Assembly: GCA_965203095.1 (NCBI GenBank)
Contig: OZ241877.1
Coordinates: 768,001 to 832,000 of the forward strand
Origin: Bdellovibrionales bacterium
Lineage (GTDB): Bacteria; Bdellovibrionota; Bdellovibrionia; Bdellovibrionales; UBA1609
Direction of reading: 5' to 3'
DNA: 64,000 nt
Positions within the stretch are counted from its first letter, which is position 1, and each line of letters opens with the position of its first letter. Shown one piece after another: positions 32,247 to 42,239 of this stretch. A program made the position numbers and the translations under genes. The notes below the pieces were generated by a model. The model had not been told where the DNA came from. It did not search any database and saw only the letters and a program-made list of their open reading frames with translations.

Positions 32247-32874
32247 TCGTGCTTAAGGATTCTCTTAAAGAAGAAATCTCTTGGTCTTTTTCCAGAGGAG
32301 CGGAGGGAGATTCTAATGGTTCTTTAGGAGGATTATGTTCTGTTTTGGGAATGGCCGAAGAACTTTTTTTGTGCTCAGAGGGTTTTTCTAAAAAGTTCTC
32401 TATATCCCCTCCAAGATGAGGGCTAAAAATGGGGTCTTGCTCTAAAAGATCCATCTGAACTTGAAGGGCAGCCTTTAAGCCCGTTTTAAATTGCAACTGC
32501 AATCTTTTTAAGTCAGCAATATCGTTATAAACGCTCTGAAGGGAATGGCGAGCGGATTGGACTAAAGCAGAGGATTTGCTTTGAGCCTTTTCTAAAACTA
32601 AAGCACTGTGGCTTTCGGCATCTTTTCGGATCTTTTCCGCCCATTTTTCTGCCGAAGTGATGGATTGTTTCAAAATATGCTCCCTATCCCGATAGTCTTT
32701 AATAAGCAGTTCTTGCTCATCTAACTGCTTTTTCATCATTTCGTTTTTTTTGTTGAGATGCCTGATCTCCTCTGCCAGAACATGGAGAAAGTCCCGAACT
32801 TCAAACTCACTTAAGCCCCCTACTATTTTTTTAGAAAACCTTTTGGAGACGATATTGTCTTTAGAAAATTCCAT
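32227..32874 (-). CDS. divIVA: DivIVA domain protein
   Basis: KRFSKK..GG...EVRDFL DivIVA signature plus coiled coil. Confidence 0.85.
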   Translation of the reverse strand: MEFSKDNIVSKRFSKKIVGGLSEFEVRDFLHVLAEEIRHLNKKNEMMKKQLDEQELLIKDYRDREHILKQSITSAEKWAEKIRKDAESHSALVLEKAQSKSSALVQSARHSLQSVYNDIADLKRLQLQFKTGLKAALQVQMDLLEQDPIFSPHLGGDIENFLEKPSEHKKSSSAIPKTEHNPPKEPLESPSAPLEKDQEISSLRESLSTINKNFS

Positions 32875-33071
32875 AAACAAAATTCTATCAGAAAAAGGCG
32901 AAAAAGAAAAATTTTAAACAAGCCTTTTGCTTAGCATTATAAACAATTTTCGCCCTTTGGCTAAGAACCAGCTAAAAGAAGGCAAAAAAATTCCCTTCTC
33001 TCAAGTATTTTTGCCATAAAAACTTATGTTGAGGCTAAAAAAATCCGATAATTCCAACAAGAGGAGTATTT

Positions 33072-33974
33072 ATGTCTTTAAGCTTTTTAACCCTTATTGC
33101 TGGCCTTGTCCTGTCCGCCAGCTCCGTTTATATGCTGGTTTCTGTAATATTAAGGCAATCGGACGATAAAAATGCTCTTTCTTGGATGGATGGAAAGGAA
33201 CCGGAAAAATCCAAAGTCCCTTTAATCCAGTTTTCCCGACCTTTAGTCCATAATTTCACTTTGAGCTATGTCAAAAAGGTCAAAAGCCAAAAATACAGAA
33301 AAAAATTGGAGAAAAAAATCATCACTGCCGGTTTGACAAGAGAGCTGAATGTGGATGAATTTATCGGCCTTCAACTTTTATGGGGCATTGCCTTCCCCAT
33401 TTTGTTTTTTATTTTCAACATAACCCTGAATTTAGATTTTCCACCAGTGACCACTGTTTTTGTTAGTGGAGTGGGCTTTTACTTCCCTCACGCTTACTGC
33501 AACAGCTGTAAGAAAAAAAGAAGAAGCTCTATCCTTGGGGATCTTCCCGCCTTTATTGACATTTTAGCCCTCAGCACAGAGGCAGGTTTGGATTTTATGG
33601 GAGCTATACAAAAAATTGTAGACAAAGCCCCTAAAGGCAGTGTTTTAGCCGAAGAGCTTTACACAGTTTTAAAAGACAGCAAATTGGGTCAAACCCGATC
33701 TCAGGCACTGGCCAACTTAGAGCAAAGAATTGATATACCGGAAGTCACCAGTGTGGTCTCTGTAATTAGAGACGCAGATGAAACAGGAGCCAGCATTTCT
33801 AAAGCTCTAAAGGCCAAGGCCGAACAGATCCGTTTTGAAAGATTTGCCCGGGCAGAAGAGGCCGGAGCTAAAGCCTCGCAAAAAATCCTCATCCCCATGA
33901 TGATTTTTATTATCCCCGCCGTTTTTATTGTGATTTTTGCCCCAGCCGCTTTTCAATTTATGGGAGGAAAGTAA
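33072..33974 (+). CDS. tadC: Tad pilus platform protein TadC (T2SS F family)
   Basis: DLPAFIDIL..EAGLDF, R..RAEE.GAK..KILIPM. Confidence 0.9.
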   Translation: MSLSFLTLIAGLVLSASSVYMLVSVILRQSDDKNALSWMDGKEPEKSKVPLIQFSRPLVHNFTLSYVKKVKSQKYRKKLEKKIITAGLTRELNVDEFIGLQLLWGIAFPILFFIFNITLNLDFPPVTTVFVSGVGFYFPHAYCNSCKKKRRSSILGDLPAFIDILALSTEAGLDFMGAIQKIVDKAPKGSVLAEELYTVLKDSKLGQTRSQALANLEQRIDIPEVTSVVSVIRDADETGASISKALKAKAEQIRFERFARAEEAGAKASQKILIPMMIFIIPAVFIVIFAPAAFQFMGGK

Positions 33975-33978
33975 AAGT

Positions 33979-34326
33979 ATGCCTCAACTCATTCATAAAA
34001 AAGAAGGACATCCGCCTATTGCTCGCATTATTCCCGCAAAAACATGGAGACAGCGGATCCAGGGCCTTATAGGCCACCCTGGCCTTAAGGAAAAAGAGGC
34101 CTTTTGGATCCCCAAATGCCCCAGCATTCACACTTTTTTTATGAAATTTCCTATTGATGTGATCTTTACTGATAAAAAATTTCAAATTCAAAACCTGTTT
34201 GAAAATATCCCCTCTAACAAATTGATTTTTGGAGGTTTAAAAAGCCGAAATGCCTTTGAGATGAAGGCCGGACAAATTCAAACTCATCAACTCAAGAAAG
34301 GAGATTTTTTATATGTGGAGTCTTAA
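33979..34326 (+). CDS. DUF192 family protein
   Basis: SIHTFFMKFPIDVIF, E..AG motifs. Confidence 0.88.
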   Translation: MPQLIHKKEGHPPIARIIPAKTWRQRIQGLIGHPGLKEKEAFWIPKCPSIHTFFMKFPIDVIFTDKKFQIQNLFENIPSNKLIFGGLKSRNAFEMKAGQIQTHQLKKGDFLYVES

Positions 34327-35908
34327 ATTTTTATCAGGTCCCAAAGCAGGGAAAGAGATAATTCTTCAGCCCGGATTAGTGGTTGTAGGTAGGGAGAGTT
34401 CTTGTCAAATTCCGGTTCCAGCACAAAGCCTCTCCAAAAAACATGCACAAATTTTAGTTAAAGAAACAGAAGTTGTGATTGAAGATCTGGATTCCCGCAA
34501 CGGCACTTTTATTGATGGCCAGCAAATTAAAAAACGGGAACTGAAGGCAGGGGATCGGGTGGCTCTCTCGGATGTGATTTTTGAATTGAGGAAAAAAGCC
34601 TCTCCTCAACAATTCTTCCCCATGTATAATATGCCTCAGGGTCAGCCTCATTTTCCTCCTACATCAGCCCCCTCTCCGGCAAACTTAGCCAATGCACCGG
34701 AGGTTGTTAGCACCAAAGGTCCTTTAGTTAAAAACATTCAAAAACTGTTAAGCTCTTATAAAGACAATGTGGTTTTGCCAGGGGTTTATAAGTTGGCAGA
34801 ATGGATGGAGTTTAAAGCTGTTGTAGGGGCTTTTGTTTTGGCTTTTGCAGTTGTAGTTATGGTTTTTTCCTCTTTCCCGCTCATTTCCATTTTAAAATCC
34901 AGTGTTCAGCAAGAGAGCCGAAACAATGCAGAAAACATTGCCCTCACTTTAGCTCAAGCCAACAGGACTCATTTAAAAAAGGGTTTACAGTCGGCAATGA
35001 CAGTAGAGTATGCTTTGAGACGACCCGGAGTGGAGAAAGCCTTTATTATCTCAGCCATTGACGGGCGGATTTTAGCTCCAGCAGAGATAGCTCATACTTA
35101 TCCTAAAAGTGCACTCATTCATAAAGCCAGAAAACAGAACCGAAAAACAGTGGAAAAGATAGGTTCTTCATCTATTGCCGCCATAGTTCCCATTAGCTTT
35201 TACAATCCAGAAACTGGCGAAAACAGCCCCAAAGCTTACTCTGTAGTAATTTATGATATGAGCCAACTGGCTGTAGGCTCAAAAAAAATACTCAGCCTTT
35301 TGGTTCAAACTTTTTTTATTGTTTTTGTTTTTGGAGTTTGTTTGTTTTTCTTTCTCATTCATTTAATAGAGTTCCCCATTAAAAGCATTAACAGCCAAGT
35401 GGACAAAGCCTTAAAGGATGATAAAGCCCCTTCTATTTCCGTTAATTATCAGTCTCAGATTTTAACAGAGCTTTGTAGCCATATTAACAGTGCTTTAAAT
35501 CAAATTTCTTTAAGCCGAATGCTCAACACAAAAAAAGAAGATGATGGCTCAGGAGAGATTAACCGCCAAAATGAAATGAACAATTTAGTAGAGATTGTGG
35601 GTTTTCCTTCTCTGTCTATCAATATGGAGGATGAGACCATTGCCTCTTTAAACTCTAACTGGAGTGATCAGATTGGTTTTGCAGAGATCCTTCATCAGCC
35701 AGTTTCTGAAATATCAGACAGCCAATTAAAAGATCATTTAGAGCAGTTGATCCAAAAGGGTAAAGATCAACCTCAGGAAATTATTTTTGGTGAGATCAGT
35801 TTAAAGCAAATGAGTTTACAAAGTGCTTGTCAATTTATTATGGGAAAAAGCACTCCTGCTTATGCTATTGTGACTTTTATGCCTTCAGAGACAGAGGAGG
35901 CGGCTTAG
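34313..35908 (+). CDS. FHA-domain membrane protein with periplasmic domain and HAMP-like C-terminal region
   Basis: GR..SKKHA..DLDSRNGT FHA motif; two TM helices. Confidence 0.85.
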   Translation: MWSLKFLSGPKAGKEIILQPGLVVVGRESSCQIPVPAQSLSKKHAQILVKETEVVIEDLDSRNGTFIDGQQIKKRELKAGDRVALSDVIFELRKKASPQQFFPMYNMPQGQPHFPPTSAPSPANLANAPEVVSTKGPLVKNIQKLLSSYKDNVVLPGVYKLAEWMEFKAVVGAFVLAFAVVVMVFSSFPLISILKSSVQQESRNNAENIALTLAQANRTHLKKGLQSAMTVEYALRRPGVEKAFIISAIDGRILAPAEIAHTYPKSALIHKARKQNRKTVEKIGSSSIAAIVPISFYNPETGENSPKAYSVVIYDMSQLAVGSKKILSLLVQTFFIVFVFGVCLFFFLIHLIEFPIKSINSQVDKALKDDKAPSISVNYQSQILTELCSHINSALNQISLSRMLNTKKEDDGSGEINRQNEMNNLVEIVGFPSLSINMEDETIASLNSNWSDQIGFAEILHQPVSEISDSQLKDHLEQLIQKGKDQPQEIIFGEISLKQMSLQSACQFIMGKSTPAYAIVTFMPSETEEAA

Positions 35909-35909
35909 G

Positions 35910-36884
35910 ATGAGCAGTTTTCGAAGTTCTGTTTCTTCAACAAAGCATGCTCCTTCAGTTTTAAAAGGCTCATCGGCACTCACTCGCCCCTCTTCGGCTC
36001 CCGTTTTAAAAATTTTGACGGGATCTTATAAGGGAAAGCAGTTTCGCCTCTTAAGTGAGAAAATCGTTATTGGCCGGTCTCCGGAATGTGATGTGATTTT
36101 TAAAGATGACCTCTCTTGCTCTAAACGTCATGCAGGTATCATAAGGGAAAATAACTCCTATTTGATAGAAAGCCTTAGCCCAAAAAACCCAGTGAAGGTC
36201 AATGGGAGAGCCATTTCATCAAAAGCTTTAGAAAACAAAGACAAAATCACTATTGGATCTATAGAGCTGTTGTTTTTGAAAGACAGCCCAATGGTTGCCC
36301 CTCAGCCCTCCGCGGGAGCGACCGGCCCTCGCCCTCCAGCAAAACCTAAAAAACAAGCTCTCACTCCTCCTCGTTTAATTTTTATTGTTCTTGTGATTGG
36401 AGGTTTTTTTTTATTGATGTCTAAGAACGAAACCAAAGAAGAGGAAAAAAAATGGAATTTGAAAACAGAATCAGACATTTTAGAGGAAGTTCAAGCCATT
36501 AAAAAATTAAATGAAGAAGAATTTAAAAAAAAGGATCTGACTTTTAAAGAAAAAGGGGCCAAATCCGCTTTTATCAAAGGTTTTAGAGATTACAGAAAGG
36601 GTTATTTTGATAGAGCTTTAAAGCAGTTTCAACATTGCCTCACTTTGAACACAACGCATCCTCTTTGCCAAAGTTATGCCCGGAAGTCACAAACACAAAT
36701 TGAAAGGCTAATTCAAAAAAAAATTCGGTTAGGCAACGCTTATAAAAAAAACAGGCAATACTCTGCTTGCCGGGCTGTTTTTAAAAGTGTGGAGATTATG
36801 ATTCAAGATTCCCAAAACGCAATTTATAAAGAGGCTAAAGCTAACAGGCAGTTGTGTGAAACCTATTTAAAAAATCAAATTTGA
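35910..36884 (+). CDS. FHA-domain membrane protein with TPR-like C-terminus
   Basis: IGRS..SKRHA; single TM; helical repeats. Confidence 0.82.
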   Translation: MSSFRSSVSSTKHAPSVLKGSSALTRPSSAPVLKILTGSYKGKQFRLLSEKIVIGRSPECDVIFKDDLSCSKRHAGIIRENNSYLIESLSPKNPVKVNGRAISSKALENKDKITIGSIELLFLKDSPMVAPQPSAGATGPRPPAKPKKQALTPPRLIFIVLVIGGFFLLMSKNETKEEEKKWNLKTESDILEEVQAIKKLNEEEFKKKDLTFKEKGAKSAFIKGFRDYRKGYFDRALKQFQHCLTLNTTHPLCQSYARKSQTQIERLIQKKIRLGNAYKKNRQYSACRAVFKSVEIMIQDSQNAIYKEAKANRQLCETYLKNQI

Positions 36885-36895
36885 GATAAAAATTA

Positions 36896-38797
36896 ATGAA
36901 GTTCATTTTTAAACATTTTGGCAAAGTTATAAAGGAGATCCAATTAGAAGAGGGTCAAGAGTATTTTATTGGCCGGCAAAAAGACTGTGACTTTATTTTA
37001 GGGGAGGAGACTGGTCTTTCCCGAAAGCATATTCGCATTTATACTTCACCAGAAACGGGAAATTGGATTGTAGAATCCATCTCTGAATGGGGAGGGCTTT
37101 ATTTGGCTGGGGAGGAGGTGGAGTCTGTAGAGGTAGAGAGAGCCGGCATTTTGTCATTAAAAAATTACACTTTAGAGTTTGTTAAAGAGAAGGAAGAAAG
37201 CGAGAAAGAAAAAGTTTCTACAGGTGACCTCACTAAAATTCCGGATAGTCAGCCCAGTTTTGATCCTCATGCAGGCACAAAGGTTCTTGTTTCCTCCGAT
37301 TTGGTTCACTCTCTTTATATTTATATTTCTGGAGAGTTTTCTGATCATATAAATTTAAATGAAAGGCCAAAATGGATTGTGGGCCGATCGGAAGAGTGTG
37401 ATATATCTATTGATTATAGCATTTTGACAAGAAAGCATTTTCAAATTTCCAATCGGGAGGGTAAATTTTATATTACAGATTTAGGAAGTGCTAATAAGAC
37501 TTTTTTAAATGATCAAGAGATATCACCTCATAAAGAGATTCTTTTAAAAGCTAATGATCAAATTTCTATTTCTGATCTCAAACTGGTTTTTGAAGTGAGA
37601 AATAAAAAATATGAGGAAATGATGAATCAGCTACCAGCAGTGTCAGAAGAGGATTCGGGTGAGGGAGAGAATCTTCCGGAAATGGCTCTCCCCAAAGTGG
37701 TTTTAGAAACCGCTCCTGTAGAGGAGTCTGCCCCCTCCTCTAAAGCCAAACTCTTAAACCCCAAAAGAATAGTTCTTCTAATTTTAGTTGTTTGTGCCGG
37801 AGTTGCTTTTTATTTTAAGCAGGAAATAGATAAGAAGGAGGCTAAAAGAAAAGCTTTGGAAAAACAACAAAAGGAAAAAGAATATAGAACTAAGTTAGAG
37901 GTATTTTATAAAGAGGCTGTAGATAGATTAGAAGAGAAAAAATATCTTCTTTGTATTAACCAGTTAGAAGAGTTGCACAGAGAATCTGCTGAAGGTTATT
38001 TTAAAGATTCCCAACAGCTCCTCTCACGGTGCCAAAATGCTTTGCTGAATCAACGCAAAAAAGATGAATTTGTAGCTCAAGAAAAAGCAAAAAAAGAAAC
38101 TGAAGCTAAAATCAAAAAAATTGTTGATAAATGTAAAAAAATGTATGCAGAAAAGAAAATTCAAACCATCATGGAGTTGAATGAATGTGCAAGAGATTTG
38201 GCCAATTTGGATCCTGACAATTCAGATGTTTCTGCTATGCGAAGGGAAATAGAGGAGAGGGAAAATTTAAAACAGATGGAAGAACAAAAAAAATCAGCTT
38301 ATAAAAAAACTCTTCAATCTAAGAGATATCTTTATAACAAAGCTAAAAAACTGAAAGATCAAGGGAAAGTTTTAAAAGCAGTATCAGCTTATAATGTGTT
38401 TTTAAAATCAGTAAAAGGTTTTTCCGGATTAAAATCTTTGGCAAAACAAGCGGTGGCAGAGAGGGATGAGATTCAAAAAAACTATGATGATGAATTAAAC
38501 GATCTATATCAGTCTTGTGAAAAGCTGATACAACAAAAAAAAATGAAAGAGGCTTACTCCGATTGTAAAAAAATTCTTGCTTTTAAGAGTGATGATAAAA
38601 AAGCCTTGCAATATATTCAGCAAGCCCTGCAAACTCTTCAAAAAGAGCTGAAACCTCTTTACGAGCAGAGCATGTCAGAGGAGAGTTTTTCCAGAATTGA
38701 GCCAGCTATTGAAATTTGGAAGGAAATTTTAAAAAGAGATATCTCTGATGGTTATTACTATAAAAAAGCCCAACATCAAATAAACAAATATAAATAA
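36896..38797 (+). CDS. Double FHA-domain membrane protein with TPR/coiled-coil C-terminus
   Basis: IGRQ..SRKH and VGRS..TRKH..DLGSANKT; TM. Confidence 0.85.
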   Translation: MKFIFKHFGKVIKEIQLEEGQEYFIGRQKDCDFILGEETGLSRKHIRIYTSPETGNWIVESISEWGGLYLAGEEVESVEVERAGILSLKNYTLEFVKEKEESEKEKVSTGDLTKIPDSQPSFDPHAGTKVLVSSDLVHSLYIYISGEFSDHINLNERPKWIVGRSEECDISIDYSILTRKHFQISNREGKFYITDLGSANKTFLNDQEISPHKEILLKANDQISISDLKLVFEVRNKKYEEMMNQLPAVSEEDSGEGENLPEMALPKVVLETAPVEESAPSSKAKLLNPKRIVLLILVVCAGVAFYFKQEIDKKEAKRKALEKQQKEKEYRTKLEVFYKEAVDRLEEKKYLLCINQLEELHRESAEGYFKDSQQLLSRCQNALLNQRKKDEFVAQEKAKKETEAKIKKIVDKCKKMYAEKKIQTIMELNECARDLANLDPDNSDVSAMRREIEERENLKQMEEQKKSAYKKTLQSKRYLYNKAKKLKDQGKVLKAVSAYNVFLKSVKGFSGLKSLAKQAVAERDEIQKNYDDELNDLYQSCEKLIQQKKMKEAYSDCKKILAFKSDDKKALQYIQQALQTLQKELKPLYEQSMSEESFSRIEPAIEIWKEILKRDISDGYYYKKAQHQINKYK

Positions 38798-38826
38798 TCA
38801 TCCGTGAAAAATCTGGACAAAAAGCT

Positions 38827-38854
38827 TTGACTTTTACCACTTTTTGTTTATAAT
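38827..38854 (+). promoter_or_regulatory. Sigma70-like promoter TTGACT-N16-TATAAT
   Basis: Near-consensus hexamers upstream of ATG 38867. Confidence 0.55.
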
Positions 38855-38866
38855 TGTTTTCAGTTT

Positions 38867-39550
38867 ATGAAGTTGGATCAAAGAAGTTTTGTAGGAAAAT
38901 CCTTTAGGCCCCAGCCAGAAGTTTTAATTAGTGAAAGCTTACAAATGTTTGCTTTGGTGACTCCTTGGGGGCCACGCGAGCAAAGTCAAAAGGTGTTGGA
39001 GTTTCTTTCTCAAAACTATGAAAGCTTTTGCTCTGATGAGGAAAAAACAAATATTTATTCTCATTTAGAAAGTTTATCTGAGGAGGAAAACATATTAAGG
39101 TCTCTTGTTTTAGCCTGTAATGAATGGATTTTTAATGAACAAAATAAGGGAAAAGAGTATAACTTTGGTTATGAGTTAGTTTGTGGCAATTTTAAAAATG
39201 GGAAACTTGTTTTTCTTCAAGCAGGGCATCCTTCTGTTTATTTGGATCGCCCGGATATCCCTTTACAATCCTTAGGTCCCGTTTTGGATTTTTCTGCTAT
39301 GTTTGCCCATAGTGGGCAGAGACTGCCTCCTCTTCCATCGGTATTGGTGGGGCTTTACCCTGACACGCATTTTTCGGTTTTTAGTTTCCCTGTTCTTCCA
39401 AAAGATCGATTGATTTTCATCAGTCGGGATGTGGCTTCTGGCTCCATTTTGGACTTAGGAAGAGATCATCGAGGCTTAGATCAGCTCTTATCTGCCTTAG
39501 TAAAGGAAAATGAACAAAGCCCTCTTTGGCTGGGCAGGCTCTCCTTTTAA
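38867..39550 (+). CDS. Degenerate PP2C/SpoIIE-fold protein
   Basis: AGHP, DRLIFIS and length match PPM layout but DG motifs are absent. Confidence 0.5.
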   Translation: MKLDQRSFVGKSFRPQPEVLISESLQMFALVTPWGPREQSQKVLEFLSQNYESFCSDEEKTNIYSHLESLSEEENILRSLVLACNEWIFNEQNKGKEYNFGYELVCGNFKNGKLVFLQAGHPSVYLDRPDIPLQSLGPVLDFSAMFAHSGQRLPPLPSVLVGLYPDTHFSVFSFPVLPKDRLIFISRDVASGSILDLGRDHRGLDQLLSALVKENEQSPLWLGRLSF

Positions 39551-39632
39551 TCCTACAACATATATTTTTAAGTTCGGCCTTAAAGTGTCGTGGCCAGGCT
39601 AAAACTCTTTTTTGAGAAGACTACTTGAGAGA

Positions 39633-39821
39633 CTATTGCTTTGCTAAAAGCTTATCCAGCTTTTCATTAAGCTTAGCTTGTCCAACCTCAAGTTTAGCTT
39701 GTCCAACCTCAAGCTTATCTATGGATTTTCTGATTGGCCATAGTGAAAGTTGAATAATCCCAAACAGGACTGTCATAAGAGCACAAACTGCTATAACTGT
39801 GCCAGAATCTAAACTTTCCAT
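39633..39821 (-). CDS. Small TM + coiled-coil hypothetical protein with a tandem 21-bp (KLEVGQA) duplication
   Basis: AGGAG RBS, own promoter, repeat at 39673-39713. Confidence 0.7.
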   Translation of the reverse strand: MESLDSGTVIAVCALMTVLFGIIQLSLWPIRKSIDKLEVGQAKLEVGQAKLNEKLDKLLAKQ

Positions 39822-39857
39822 GATTAACTCCTAAAGGTATAGTTTATGCCTTTATCC

Positions 39858-39887
39858 ACTATATGGACAATTGGCCGGGAATGTCAA
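39858..39887 (-). promoter_or_regulatory. Sigma70-like promoter TTGACA-N18-TATAGT
   Basis: Near-consensus hexamers upstream of the small ORF. Confidence 0.5.
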
Positions 39888-40020
39888 GCCATTTGTAAAT
39901 TTTTTCACAAAAACGCTCAAAAGCCCTTACCGGGGGCCAGCTAAAAGCTTTTATGGGAACCAAAAAAGGCTCAAAAAGCTCAAGTAGGCTTTTGGGCAAA
40001 TCTGGTTTTTTCATAAGCAA

Positions 40021-40368
40021 CTACTTAAAACTTTTATCTTTTAAAGTAGAGGAAGAGGACAAACTCTCCAATTTGTCAGAAGATCTTAAACCAGTATATA
40101 GTTCCATTTGTCGAATGCGGGTTTTCAGCTCATTCAATTCCTTTTCCATATAAAACATTCTGGAATTGACTTTGCCATTCCCATAGACATCCTCTGATAT
40201 CTTTTCAACCGACATTCTCAAAGTGTCCATAAAATTGGCGATATGTTCATTTTGCTTCTTCAAACTCAGCATGTGTTTTTGCCTTGAAGAATCGCGTTTT
40301 TGAAAAAACCTCCATATCAAATAGAGAAAAGGAACTTGTATGGTTAAGAGAAAAATAATGTATTCCAT
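40021..40368 (-). CDS. Hypothetical membrane-anchored coiled-coil protein
   Basis: N-terminal TM; AGGGGG RBS. Confidence 0.6.
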   Translation of the reverse strand: MEYIIFLLTIQVPFLYLIWRFFQKRDSSRQKHMLSLKKQNEHIANFMDTLRMSVEKISEDVYGNGKVNSRMFYMEKELNELKTRIRQMELYTGLRSSDKLESLSSSSTLKDKSFK

Positions 40369-40480
40369 AGCACTACCCCCTAAAAAATTTTGGACTTGGC
40401 CTCCTTGGAGCCCCCGTTAGAGACAAGCCACTTACTGCCATTATAAAAGACTTGCCTTATAAAAGAAAGGCTTTAACAAG

Positions 40481-41677
40481 CTATGTCAATTCTGAAAAAA
40501 AGCTTTTAAATCGGGAAATGGCTTTTTTTATATCCTCCTCATCCCCCGCATAACTTAATCTCAAATAGCCCGGACAACCAAACTCCTCTCCAGATATGCA
40601 AAGGAGTTTTTTTTCAGATAAAAGTTGTTTCATTATATCCTGAGAGCTGTTTAAAAGTTGGCCTTTATGCCTTTTGCCTAAAAAGTTTTGAACACCTATC
40701 CAAAGGTAAAAAGCTCCTTCTGGTGGAAAAATTTTTAGTCCGGGAATACCACTTAAGCCCTGGATCAAGTTGTCTCTAAGGGATTTGAGTTTTTGAACAG
40801 TGCTTTTTATGTCTTCCTCACAAAGTGCAAAGCCATCTTCAAACGCTTTTTGAGCAATGGTGTTGGCACAACCAGCAGATTGACTTTGAAAGGCGGAAAG
40901 AGTTTGAACAAATCCTTTCGGGCCTATTAGCCAACCCAAACGCCAACCTGTCATCAGGTAATTTTTAGAAGCCCCATTAAAAGCTAAAACCTGATCTTTT
41001 AAATCCGGACAAACAGATAAAAGGTGCGGGGCTGGCCTACCGGAATACACAATACGATCATAAATGGCATCCACCATCACTGTTAAATGAGGAAAAGCTC
41101 GCACAGCCTCTCCAATAGATTCCCACTCCTTTTTTGAATAAATAGCCCCGGTGGGATTGTTTGGGGAATTGAGCAAAAGCACTTTGGTTTTAGGAGAAAG
41201 GCTTTTTTTCAGATCCTCTGATGTGATTTTAAAGCCTTGCTTTTCATTTGTAGGGAGAATTGTAATTTTTGCACCACTCAACTGGATAAGGGGCGGATAG
41301 CTCATCCAATAAGGAGATGGGAGTAGGACCTCATCCTCAGCCTCGCACAAGCTTTGAAATGCCGAAAACAAAACATATTTACAACCATTTCCAATAAAAA
41401 TATTTTCAGCGGAAAGAGGAAAGCCAAACTCCTGACTGGCCCGCTCACTCAATTTTTGCCTTAGAGGCTCCCTACCGGCGGAAGGAGAGTATTTTGTCCA
41501 GCCCTCATCTATTGCTTTCTTCCCAGCCGACCGGAGGGGGGGATAACTGTTCCACTTCAATTCCCCAATGGCCAAACTGACTACATCATCCCCTTGGGCT
41601 TTTAAAACCTTTGCTAATTTTAAAAGCTCAAAACCTACGGAGGCTTTAATCCCCTGCACTCGCTTTGCTGTTTTCAT
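40481..41677 (-). CDS. PLP-dependent aminotransferase class I/II (aspartate aminotransferase-like)
   Basis: NSPNNPTG, SKNYLMTGWRLG. Confidence 0.93.
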   Translation of the reverse strand: MKTAKRVQGIKASVGFELLKLAKVLKAQGDDVVSLAIGELKWNSYPPLRSAGKKAIDEGWTKYSPSAGREPLRQKLSERASQEFGFPLSAENIFIGNGCKYVLFSAFQSLCEAEDEVLLPSPYWMSYPPLIQLSGAKITILPTNEKQGFKITSEDLKKSLSPKTKVLLLNSPNNPTGAIYSKKEWESIGEAVRAFPHLTVMVDAIYDRIVYSGRPAPHLLSVCPDLKDQVLAFNGASKNYLMTGWRLGWLIGPKGFVQTLSAFQSQSAGCANTIAQKAFEDGFALCEEDIKSTVQKLKSLRDNLIQGLSGIPGLKIFPPEGAFYLWIGVQNFLGKRHKGQLLNSSQDIMKQLLSEKKLLCISGEEFGCPGYLRLSYAGDEEDIKKAISRFKSFFSELT

Positions 41678-41720
41678 AATTTCTCCTTATTTGTTATTCC
41701 TGCTTTGTTTTTTGATACTT

Positions 41721-42239
41721 TCATATTTCCTCCTTTTTTGAGAGTTTTCTCTCAATCTCTTTTTGAACCTCTAAGGGGACTAAACCCTTCAAATCCCCTT
41801 TGTGAAATGCAATCTCTTTGATCCACTTGGCACTAACCATTTCTGTCTCTGTCCCTGAGAAAAGAAAAAGAGTCTCCATCTCTGGAAAAATTTTTTTATT
41901 GTTCACAGCCAAATCCCTCTCATAAGGAAAGTCTGTCACCGATCGGATCCCTCTTAAAACAATGGAAATATTATGTTTTTTTAAATAATCTGTGGTTAAA
42001 CCCTCATGCTTTTCCACTTGAACATTGGGAATATGTTTAACAGCAGACCGAGCCATTTGTGCTCTTTCATCTAAAGAAAACCAGTATTTTTTATGAATGG
42101 AAGAGGCCACTAATAAAGTCACTTTTTCAAACAAAAGGGCAAAGCGACTAACCATATCTATATGGGCACAAGTGATAGGGTCAAAACTGCCCGGATAAAG
42201 ACCTTGATAAAATTTACTATTTTTTCCGCCGGCAAACAT
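41721..42239 (-). CDS. coaD: Phosphopantetheine adenylyltransferase
   Basis: YPGSFDPIT..H, RGIR...DF.YE; follows rsmD. Confidence 0.93.
   Translation of the reverse strand: MFAGGKNSKFYQGLYPGSFDPITCAHIDMVSRFALLFEKVTLLVASSIHKKYWFSLDERAQMARSAVKHIPNVQVEKHEGLTTDYLKKHNISIVLRGIRSVTDFPYERDLAVNNKKIFPEMETLFLFSGTETEMVSAKWIKEIAFHKGDLKGLVPLEVQKEIERKLSKKEEI

Noticed and set aside
39852..39860. DnaA-box-like TTATCCACT / possible oriC given gyrBA in the window
   Set aside because: Single imperfect box; no box cluster or dnaA/dnaN
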